Below, piece by piece: positions 25,197-32,495 of a stretch of DNA of 35,884 bases; the first letter of the stretch is position 1; each line of letters opens with the position of its first letter. The notes beneath the pieces were generated by a model that had not been told where the DNA came from, ran no database searches, and was given only the letters and a program-made list of their open reading frames with translations. The stretch covers positions 1-35,884 of the forward strand of contig CASGAK010000003.1 of the NCBI GenBank assembly GCA_949299435.1, given 5' to 3'. Source of the stretch: an uncultured bacterium. GTDB taxonomy: Bacteria; Cyanobacteriota; Vampirovibrionia; Gastranaerophilales; Gastranaerophilaceae. The position numbers and the translations under genes are program-made.

Positions 25197-26113
25197 TATC
25201 TAAAAGCGGTGTCATTACTGTAATCAGAAATTCCAGATGGTATTCATCGGATATGACGGTGTTTTCCTGTCTAGTTTGTTTTTTGTATGCCCTTTCTCAA
25301 AACGGTGATGTTATAAACGGTCTAATTGCCTGTGTCGGTATTCTTTTTGCTCATATGGCGACTAATCTCTATGATGACTACGATGATTACAAAAAACTTT
25401 GTATGGATCCGAGATTTAGTGAATTTGCCCCGAAGGTTAAATGTGATTATTTGAAAGCTAATTTGGCTACGACAAATGATTTATTAACGGTTATTATTGC
25501 TTATTGTCTAATAGCGTTGCTATGTGGTTTTATCCTGTTTTTGATGACGGACTTGCAGGTGTTGATTTTAGCATTTTTAGGTGCCTTGATTGTGTTGGGT
25601 TATCCTAAATTTTCAAGACTGGGATTGAGTGAAATCGCTGTAGGTATAGCGTTTGGACCGCTACTTTTTGAGGGAATGTATTTTACTATGACAGAGAATT
25701 TTTCTTTTGAAGTCTTTATACTTTCTCTTGCTATTGTTATGTTTACGGTCGGGGTTATGTATAACCATACTATTTTGGATTTTGAAAGTGATAGATTCGC
25801 AGGGAAAATGACATTGGTACAAAAAATTGGCAGTAAAAATAAAGCTATGCTTGGTATATGGATAATTTATTCTTTAGGGTATATTTTCCTTTTGCTTTTT
25901 TCTTTATTTACCAAAAAATATTTATGTAATCTTGGTTTTTTGTCCCTGCCTTTTGTGTTGATTTTGTATAAATCATTAAAAGATTATAATTCATCAGCTT
26001 ATTATGAGCGTGACGGGTTGTATTTATCAATTTTGAAAGGCTCAGCCAAATTAATGGCATTGTTTTCTTTTCTGATAAGTGTGGGGTTGTTTATATCAAT
26101 TTTTATAATTTAA
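25193..26113 (+). CDS. UbiA-family aromatic prenyltransferase (MenA-like)
   Basis: Polytopic. Asp-rich motif NLYDDYDDY after TM2 and a second D-containing loop (ILDFESDR). The start is uncertain (TTG 25193 or ATG 25253). Confidence 0.75.
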   Translation: MISKSGVITVIRNSRWYSSDMTVFSCLVCFLYALSQNGDVINGLIACVGILFAHMATNLYDDYDDYKKLCMDPRFSEFAPKVKCDYLKANLATTNDLLTVIIAYCLIALLCGFILFLMTDLQVLILAFLGALIVLGYPKFSRLGLSEIAVGIAFGPLLFEGMYFTMTENFSFEVFILSLAIVMFTVGVMYNHTILDFESDRFAGKMTLVQKIGSKNKAMLGIWIIYSLGYIFLLLFSLFTKKYLCNLGFLSLPFVLILYKSLKDYNSSAYYERDGLYLSILKGSAKLMALFSFLISVGLFISIFII

Positions 26114-26834
26114 TCGGATAATCCTCAGGAATTTCCCAGCCGTTGCATTCGATCATAGCACCGCATGTGATTGCCTGAGAGTACCCTTGTGCCTGTCCGG
26201 TAGTTGCTTTTGCTCCGTTTTCGCAGATATCAATTAATCCGTCACGACTTAAATGATTTTGACAAAAGCTCTTTTTCTCCCGATAATCCATTGTACTTGT
26301 TACGAAATATTTTTTATTATCTTCGACAATCAGGTTGAATGTAAAGACATTTTTGCCCCAAATATATTTGTTTGCTCCTGTTTCAAGAAATACGTAAAAG
26401 GTGCCTCTTCTTTGAGATTTATTTATTGTGGCTCCGTTGTTAAATATAATCGCTATCCCATTTTTTAAAATGTATTTAGGCAGAAATAAATTTTTAGAAG
26501 TATCGTTTTTATAACTGTATATTTTGTTGCAGCAAGGATCTTTTGAGTTATCTTCTATAGCAGTTGGGCATTCATAACTGACTTCCATATAAGGTGCAAT
26601 ATAGTTCTTAAAAGTATTTCTTTCCCCGTTTTCTATACCCCATTGGTCAGGTGTATCATTTTTAACTGAAGACAGTAGTATTGCTTGATTAAGCATACTG
26701 ACAGCTTTTTTTAGTTTAGCTGCTGTTTCCTTTTTTCTATAACCTTGCATAACATTAGGTAGTGTCATAGCAGCGACTATTGCGATAATTCCAAGAGTAA
26801 TAAGTACTTCTGCCATAGTAAAACCTTTTTTCAT
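26103..26834 (-). CDS. prepilin-type N-terminal cleavage/methylation domain protein (pilin/pseudopilin-like), Cys-rich C-terminal domain
   Basis: The ATG at 26834 follows AAGGAGG. N-terminus MKKG|FTMAEVLITLGIIAIVAAMTLP. WGKNVFTFNL motif. 7 Cys in the mature part. The track start at 26879 adds 15 unlikely residues. Confidence 0.85.
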   Translation of the reverse strand: MKKGFTMAEVLITLGIIAIVAAMTLPNVMQGYRKKETAAKLKKAVSMLNQAILLSSVKNDTPDQWGIENGERNTFKNYIAPYMEVSYECPTAIEDNSKDPCCNKIYSYKNDTSKNLFLPKYILKNGIAIIFNNGATINKSQRRGTFYVFLETGANKYIWGKNVFTFNLIVEDNKKYFVTSTMDYREKKSFCQNHLSRDGLIDICENGAKATTGQAQGYSQAITCGAMIECNGWEIPEDYPIKL

Positions 26835-26882
26835 TTCTATCCTCCTTAATTCAACTGCTGAGCAAGATTTAATAGGCATGTA

Positions 26883-26900
26883 TGTGATTAATTAATCACA
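26883..26900. promoter_or_regulatory. perfect 18-bp palindrome TGTGATTAATTAATCACA (operator-like)
   Basis: Read directly. It lies just downstream of a minus-strand TATAAT (26912..26917) and upstream of the pilin SD. It also abuts the -35 position of the plus-strand TATAAT at 26922..26927. Confidence 0.55.
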
Positions 26901-26934
26901 GATTAATCATAATTATAAACATATAATCAGATTT

Positions 26935-27159
26935 ATGCAAGATTTAAAAAAATATGAAGTTAAAATTCGTAACAGAATAAGAAAATATAGATTGCAAAAG
27001 GGGTTGTCCCAAGAGAAACTTGCCGAGTTGGTGGACAGCAGCCGAGAACATATCAATCGTATGGAAAGCGGTAAAGATAATATAAGTCTAATGTATTTTA
27101 TACGATTGGCTGAAGTGTTTGAGGTATCATTAGATGAGCTTGCAGGATATAAAAAATAA
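26935..27159 (+). CDS. XRE (Cro/C1)-family helix-turn-helix transcriptional regulator
   Basis: 74 aa. IRNRIRKYRLQKGLSQEKLAELVDSSREHINRMESGKDNISLMYFIRLAEVFEVSLDEL matches the HTH_3 pattern. No SD. A TATAAT ends 7 nt before the ATG, so the mRNA may be leaderless. Confidence 0.8.
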   Translation: MQDLKKYEVKIRNRIRKYRLQKGLSQEKLAELVDSSREHINRMESGKDNISLMYFIRLAEVFEVSLDELAGYKK

Positions 27160-27201
27160 TTAAAATTCAGGTTTAAAAAAGTTTTTCTCCATGTTAAACT
27201 C

Positions 27202-27222
27202 CTTGTATAAGTAGTATACAAA
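27202..27222 (+). promoter_or_regulatory. 8-bp-arm hairpin CTTGTATA-agtag-TATACAAG just upstream of the lysA SD
   Basis: Read directly; the 3' arm ends 1 nt before the AGAGG SD. Function unknown. Confidence 0.3.
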
Positions 27223-27233
27223 GAGGTTAAATT

Positions 27234-28562
27234 ATGAAAGAGAGCACAAATCAATTACTGAAACCGATAACATTAAAAAAAGGTGATAGCGGAAATTTAG
27301 AGATAGGCGGGTGTGATCTCGTCGAATTGACAGAGCAATATGGAACACCTTTGTATGTGATAGATGAGGCTACATTAAGGAGTGTTTGTGCTGATTATAA
27401 AGTCGCTTTTTCAAGATATGAAAAGGTAAATATGATGTTTGCATCAAAATCATTATCTACACTTGCAACATCAGTTATTTTAAAACAAGAGGGATTCGGT
27501 TTTGATGTCGTATCTGCAGGTGAAATTTATACTGTATACAAAGCAGGGGTTGATATGAAAAAGGTTCTTTTCAATGGTAATAATAAGTCGTTGGAAGAAT
27601 TAACGCTTGCTTTAGAACTTGGTGTCGGAAGAATTTCTGTGGATAACTTTTTTGAGTTGGATTTGTTAAATGAGTTAGCGAAATCTTATAAAAAAACAGT
27701 TGATATTTTACTTCGTGTTACTCCGGGAATTGAATGTCATACTCATGAGTATATTCAAACCGGTCATTTAGATTCTAAATTCGGATTTGACCTGACACAA
27801 ATTGATGAGGCGGTTGAGCTTATAATCAATTCATATTCAAATCTGAAATTACATGGACTGCACGCTCATATAGGATCACAAATTTTTGAAACCAAAGTAT
27901 ATCATGATGAAATTGAAATTTTGATAAAAGAAATTGCACGATTAGACGAAAAGTATGGACTGAAGTTAGATGAAATCAATATAGGCGGGGGCTTAGGGGT
28001 AAAATATACCGAAAAAGATTGTCCTCCCTCAACTTATGAAATAGCGGACGTGATTATAGACAGTTTGAATGAAAGCGTTAAAAAATACGGAATTGAGCCT
28101 CCAGCGTTGTTTATAGAGCCAGGAAGAAGTATAATTTCTACAGCAGGAGTTACTTTATATACGATAGGCAGCTCTAAACAAGTACCGCATGGAAAAAAAT
28201 ATATCGCAATTGACGGTGGTATGGCTGATAACCCCAGACCTTCTATGTATCAAGCTCAGTATAGTGCAGAAATTGCGAATTTTAAAGAGAATGATTCTTT
28301 ACAAACTGTAACAATTGCAGGCCGTTTTTGCGAAAGCGGAGATATTCTTATAAAAGATATTGAACTTCCTGAACCTGCTGAAGGTGATATTTTGTGCGTT
28401 TATAATACAGGTGCTTATAATTATTCAATGGCGTCTAATTATAACAGAGTTCAAAAATCTCAAATGGTTCTTGTAAATAATTCAAAATCTGATATTATAA
28501 TAAGTAGAGAGACACTAGAGGATTTGATTTCTCATGATGTAATTCCGGATAGGTTAAAGTAA
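27234..28562 (+). CDS. lysA: diaminopimelate decarboxylase
   Basis: PLYVIDE, FASKS (PLP Lys), HAHIGSQ, GGGLGV, EPGRSI, CESGD and YNYSMASNYN motifs. Confidence 0.93.
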   Translation: MKESTNQLLKPITLKKGDSGNLEIGGCDLVELTEQYGTPLYVIDEATLRSVCADYKVAFSRYEKVNMMFASKSLSTLATSVILKQEGFGFDVVSAGEIYTVYKAGVDMKKVLFNGNNKSLEELTLALELGVGRISVDNFFELDLLNELAKSYKKTVDILLRVTPGIECHTHEYIQTGHLDSKFGFDLTQIDEAVELIINSYSNLKLHGLHAHIGSQIFETKVYHDEIEILIKEIARLDEKYGLKLDEINIGGGLGVKYTEKDCPPSTYEIADVIIDSLNESVKKYGIEPPALFIEPGRSIISTAGVTLYTIGSSKQVPHGKKYIAIDGGMADNPRPSMYQAQYSAEIANFKENDSLQTVTIAGRFCESGDILIKDIELPEPAEGDILCVYNTGAYNYSMASNYNRVQKSQMVLVNNSKSDIIISRETLEDLISHDVIPDRLK

Positions 28563-29461
28563 TGTTTGATGAATTCCTTAAATATCTTCAAATGCAGATT
28601 GGAATGATGGACTTGTCTTTTAGCGGGACCAATGTCCTGGAAATTCTTGTGATTGCAAGTATTTTGTGGGTGTTTTATACGAAGTTTATCAAAAATACTC
28701 AGTCTGAAAAATTCGTAAAAGGTGCTTTTGTACTCGTTTTTTTATGGATATTTTCAGAAGTGCTTGTCAGATTTGATTTGAAAATTCTAGGTGTGTTCTT
28801 AAAATCAATAGTAATGCTTGTATCTTTGAGCTTGATTGTTATCTTCCAGCCTGAATTAAGAAGGTTTTTGGGATACTTGGGGCAGGTAGATTTTATTACA
28901 AAAATTTTCGGCAGTAAAAATACACATAAAGATGAACAAATTGATGTGATAAAAGAGCTAATAGAGGCAGTAAAATTTTTATCAAAAACACATACTGGTG
29001 CATTAATTGTATTCCAAAGTGATTTGAGTAATACATATTATGATGTCGGGACTAAACTTAATGCTGATTTATCTACAGAGCTGTTGTTGACGATTTTTCA
29101 CCCGAATACACCGCTTCATGACGGAGCTGTTGTAATTAACGGCAGTAAAATTATTTCAGCAGGTGTTCTGTTACCGTTGACTGAGGATCCTAAATTAAGC
29201 TGGAAATACGGTACTCGTCACAGAGCTGCTATCGGTATGACAGAAACCAGCGATGCAGCTTGTCTTGTGGTCTCTGAAGAAACCGGTGATGTGTCTGTTG
29301 CTCTTGATGGAACTTTGAAAAAATATGAAGATTTAGTGTCTTTAAAACAAGATTTGGAAAAAATTCTTGGTTATAAAAATACCGATAATGATACGCAAAA
29401 GAAAACAATATTCAAAATCAATAATTTGCTTGCTATTAGGAAAGTTGATTCTGATAAATAG
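28562..29461 (+). CDS. cdaA: diadenylate cyclase CdaA (membrane-anchored DAC domain)
   Basis: Three N-terminal TM segments, then HTGALIVF, LHDGAVVI, GTRHRAAIG and VVSEETGDVS DAC motifs. The start overlaps the lysA stop (TAATG). Confidence 0.92.
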   Translation: MFDEFLKYLQMQIGMMDLSFSGTNVLEILVIASILWVFYTKFIKNTQSEKFVKGAFVLVFLWIFSEVLVRFDLKILGVFLKSIVMLVSLSLIVIFQPELRRFLGYLGQVDFITKIFGSKNTHKDEQIDVIKELIEAVKFLSKTHTGALIVFQSDLSNTYYDVGTKLNADLSTELLLTIFHPNTPLHDGAVVINGSKIISAGVLLPLTEDPKLSWKYGTRHRAAIGMTETSDAACLVVSEETGDVSVALDGTLKKYEDLVSLKQDLEKILGYKNTDNDTQKKTIFKINNLLAIRKVDSDK

Positions 29462-29481
29462 TAAAAGAAAGTAGATACAAA

Positions 29482-30354
29482 ATGCCTGAAAAAAAAATGT
29501 CGTTTAAAGAAAAAATTTTATTTATAATTAACAAGTTATTTTTTCTTACTTTAGGTGCTTTTGTTGCAGCTTTTGCTTTGGAGTGTTTTTTAGTCCCTAA
29601 TAATATTATTGATGGCGGAATTGTTGGTATTTCAATGATATTAAGCTATATTACCAAGTATAATCTTGGATTGTTGATTTTTGTAATTAATATTCCGTTT
29701 ATTTTACTTGCATTTACCAAGATGGGTAAATATTTTGTATTTCAAACTTTGTATGCTGTAGCAATGCTTGCAATCGGTATTAATATTTTTCAAGCACACC
29801 ATATAACAGATGATTTGCTTTTGGCAACTGTGTTTGGAGGAATTATTTTAGGTACTGGAGTGGGTATTGTACTTAAAAATGAAGGTTCTTTAGATGGAAC
29901 AGAAATTATGTCGCTTGTACTATCTAAAAAATTCGGATTTTCAGTTGGTGAAATTATTATGGGCTTCAATGTTTTTATATATTTTGGGGCGGGGCTGGTT
30001 TTCGGTTGGAATAAAGCAATGTATTCTGTGCTGACCTATTTTATTGCATATCGTGTGATTGATATTGTTCTTGAAGGGCTTAATTCATCTAAATCAGTTG
30101 AGGTAATAAGCGATAAGGCATATGAAATCGGACAAGAATTAATTGACAGATTTGAGATAAGTGTAACTTATTTAAAAGGTATTGGCGGGTATTCTAAAAC
30201 CGAAAAGACAATTATTTACTGTGTTGTATCCAGATTAGAGCTTGCAAAGTTGAAAGAAGTTGTAAAAGAATTTGACCCTAAAGCGTTTATTTCAATAGTA
30301 GATGTTCATGAAGCCTATGGGTCAAGAATGAGTAAGCATATTGATAAAATTTAA
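29482..30354 (+). CDS. YitT-family membrane protein with C-terminal DUF2179-type domain
   Basis: VPNNIIDGGIVGISMIL and GSLDGTEIM repeats in the TM region, plus a soluble C-terminal domain (VTYLKGIGGYS...IIYCVVSRLE). Lies 20 nt after cdaA. Confidence 0.85.
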   Translation: MPEKKMSFKEKILFIINKLFFLTLGAFVAAFALECFLVPNNIIDGGIVGISMILSYITKYNLGLLIFVINIPFILLAFTKMGKYFVFQTLYAVAMLAIGINIFQAHHITDDLLLATVFGGIILGTGVGIVLKNEGSLDGTEIMSLVLSKKFGFSVGEIIMGFNVFIYFGAGLVFGWNKAMYSVLTYFIAYRVIDIVLEGLNSSKSVEVISDKAYEIGQELIDRFEISVTYLKGIGGYSKTEKTIIYCVVSRLELAKLKEVVKEFDPKAFISIVDVHEAYGSRMSKHIDKI

Positions 30355-30358
30355 CATA

Positions 30359-30387
30359 TAGACAATATTTTCAAAATATATTATAAT
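30359..30387 (+). promoter_or_regulatory. candidate sigma-70-type promoter TAGACA-17 nt-TATAAT
   Basis: Hexamers and 17-nt spacing counted directly. About 50 nt upstream of the ATG at 30437. Confidence 0.45.
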
Positions 30388-30436
30388 TTCAAAGTGTACG
30401 GAATTTATAGTTTAATATAGAACAGAAGGGCAGAAG

Positions 30437-30784
30437 ATGGCAAAAAATATAGACACAGTACCAATAGAAGTGAGCATATTAACAGTGGATCATGATATTA
30501 AAGGTATAGTTCATGTTTCAAAATATACTAATACTAATCGTGAGCTTACTGATTTGTTGAATGATAAGGAAAGACGTTTTTTGGCAGTTACGAACGCTGA
30601 AATATATCCAAGAAATTCAAACCAGTCACCAAGAAAGTATAATTTCCTTGAAATTCATATGGACTATGTGCTGATGGTACACCCATCGACTCAAGCTGTG
30701 TTTAAAGATTCGGGCAAGACACAGGAAGATATCGCACGTTTCAGAGATTTACGAATGAAGTTAAATCAGACAAAACCATTCTAG
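30437..30784 (+). CDS. hypothetical protein, 115 aa
   Basis: GAAGGG SD, its own promoter-like element and a strong terminator. No motif recognised. Confidence 0.55.
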   Translation: MAKNIDTVPIEVSILTVDHDIKGIVHVSKYTNTNRELTDLLNDKERRFLAVTNAEIYPRNSNQSPRKYNFLEIHMDYVLMVHPSTQAVFKDSGKTQEDIARFRDLRMKLNQTKPF

Positions 30785-30792
30785 ATTTTGTG

Positions 30793-30816
30793 AAAAGGTG
30801 CGAAAGCACCTTTTTT
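30793..30816 (+). terminator. rho-independent terminator (GNRA tetraloop hairpin)
   Basis: AAAAGGTGC-gaaa-GCACCTTTT followed by a T-run. Confidence 0.7.
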
Positions 30817-30841
30817 AGTAGAGTTTTTAAGGAGTTTATAA

Positions 30842-31795
30842 ATGAAAGTATTAATAGTAGATAAAGTAAATGAAATCGCAGAGCATATTTTGACCGAAGC
30901 CAATATAGATACTGTTATAATGAATACGCCCTCAGCAGAAGAATTAAGTAAAATTATTGCGGACTTTGACGGAATAATTTTGAGAAATCATACTCATATA
31001 GATAAAGAAATACTTGAATGTGCAAAAAAATTAAAAGTCATAGCAAGAGCGGGTGTCGGAGTTGATAATATAGATGTCCCAGCTGCAACAGCAAAGGGTG
31101 TTTGGGTAATAAACTCACCTAATGGTAATACGGAAGCAACTGCAGAACACACTATTGCCATGTTATTAGCTCTATCACGCAATATTCCTCAGGCTTATGA
31201 ACATTTAAAAGGTGGAGTATTTGAAAGAAATCAGTTTATTGGTAATGAAGTCAGTGGAAAAACTCTTGGAATTGTTGGTTTTGGAAAAATCGGCTCAAGA
31301 GTTGCAGAAATTGCAAAAGTCCTTGGTATGAATATATATGTCTATGATCCGTTTGCTGATGCTGATAAAATTGCCGAATTAGGTTATAAAAAATATGATA
31401 CATTGGAGGCTTTATTACCGGTATTAGATTATTTGACCGTCCATGTGCCCAAGAATAAAGATACAATAAATTTAATAGATGAAAATAATATTTATAAAAT
31501 TAAAAAAGGTGCACGAATAATAAACTGTGCACGAGGAGGAATTATAAACGAATCCGCCTTGAAAGCTGCAGTACTAGACGGTCATATTATAGGTGCAGCA
31601 TTAGATGTATTTGTATCAGAACCTGATATAACAAGTAGTCCTTTATATAATTGCTCTGATCGCATAATTATAGTTCCACACCTTGGAGCAAGCACAATAG
31701 AAGCACAAACTAAAGTAGCAGAAGATGTCGCAAGCCAAATGAGGGATATATTCAGTGGAGATTTACCTAAAACACCTGTTAATAAGATTATTTAA
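30842..31795 (+). CDS. D-isomer-specific 2-hydroxyacid dehydrogenase (D-3-phosphoglycerate dehydrogenase-like, no ACT domain)
   Basis: NAD-binding motif GIVGFGKIGSRVA, plus NCARGG and HLGAST. 317 aa. AAGGAG SD. Confidence 0.85.
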   Translation: MKVLIVDKVNEIAEHILTEANIDTVIMNTPSAEELSKIIADFDGIILRNHTHIDKEILECAKKLKVIARAGVGVDNIDVPAATAKGVWVINSPNGNTEATAEHTIAMLLALSRNIPQAYEHLKGGVFERNQFIGNEVSGKTLGIVGFGKIGSRVAEIAKVLGMNIYVYDPFADADKIAELGYKKYDTLEALLPVLDYLTVHVPKNKDTINLIDENNIYKIKKGARIINCARGGIINESALKAAVLDGHIIGAALDVFVSEPDITSSPLYNCSDRIIIVPHLGASTIEAQTKVAEDVASQMRDIFSGDLPKTPVNKII

Positions 31796-32495
31796 CAATA
31801 TTTAATTTATTCGCAGCAGCTTGTTGTTCAGCCTTTTCGCTGGCAGAAGTATGAGTATCGTAAGTGTTTTTGGTGTCTTTGTGAATTTTTGCGGGTTTAT
31901 CATTTCTGCACATCCACTCTTTTGTTTTATCAGCGAGCGGGGTTGCAATAAATGGAGTTAAAATTCTTTTACCGACAGTAGTTGCAGCAATTAATGTTGT
32001 TAAAGTACCCAAAGCTGTGATTGCTGAATCTTTGTAGTTTGCAAATGCTTTGTGAAATTCCTGATTACCTTTGACTTTTCCTGCCAAATGCTCTTTGGAT
32101 TCCATAATAGCCTGCATACTCTTTGATGCCTGTCTGTTAAATTTCTTGCCAAACAGTTTATTAAACATTTTTTCCTGAAATACTTTTTTAGATATTGTAT
32201 AAGTCATTAAAATTTGTAATAAAATCATCAATCCGCCATTAGCTAAGTCAAGAGCTGCAACGAATTTTCTTTTATCTTCAGGAATTTCTTTGTTATTTAA
32301 ACTTTGATTTACATAAAGGTAACAACCAAACCCATCTTTTAGAACAATTGATGTAACCCCTAATCCTGCAATCCATGCTGAATTAGCTCTTGTGTCCTGG
32401 AATTTTTTACATACAGTGTTTTGGACATAAGGTAATCTGGAAAACCATCTGTTTATGGATTTTATTTTGTTTCCTACGGGAGATATCATACTCAT
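31788..32495 (-). CDS. hypothetical membrane protein, 235 aa (three predicted TM segments)
   Basis: GGAGGT SD inside the upstream gene, with an ATGA start/stop overlap with that gene. Hydrophobic segments lie near residues 39-62, 79-101 and 160-180. Confidence 0.6.
   Translation of the reverse strand: MSMISPVGNKIKSINRWFSRLPYVQNTVCKKFQDTRANSAWIAGLGVTSIVLKDGFGCYLYVNQSLNNKEIPEDKRKFVAALDLANGGLMILLQILMTYTISKKVFQEKMFNKLFGKKFNRQASKSMQAIMESKEHLAGKVKGNQEFHKAFANYKDSAITALGTLTTLIAATTVGKRILTPFIATPLADKTKEWMCRNDKPAKIHKDTKNTYDTHTSASEKAEQQAAANKLNIVK

Noticed and set aside
27160-27233. Possible lysine riboswitch upstream of lysA.
   Set aside because: The 74-nt leader is far too short for an L-box and contains only one small hairpin.
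26913-27254. 113-aa minus-strand ORF spanning the XRE gene and the lysA leader.
   Set aside because: It overlaps the well-supported HTH gene on the opposite strand, has a low-complexity translation and has no SD.
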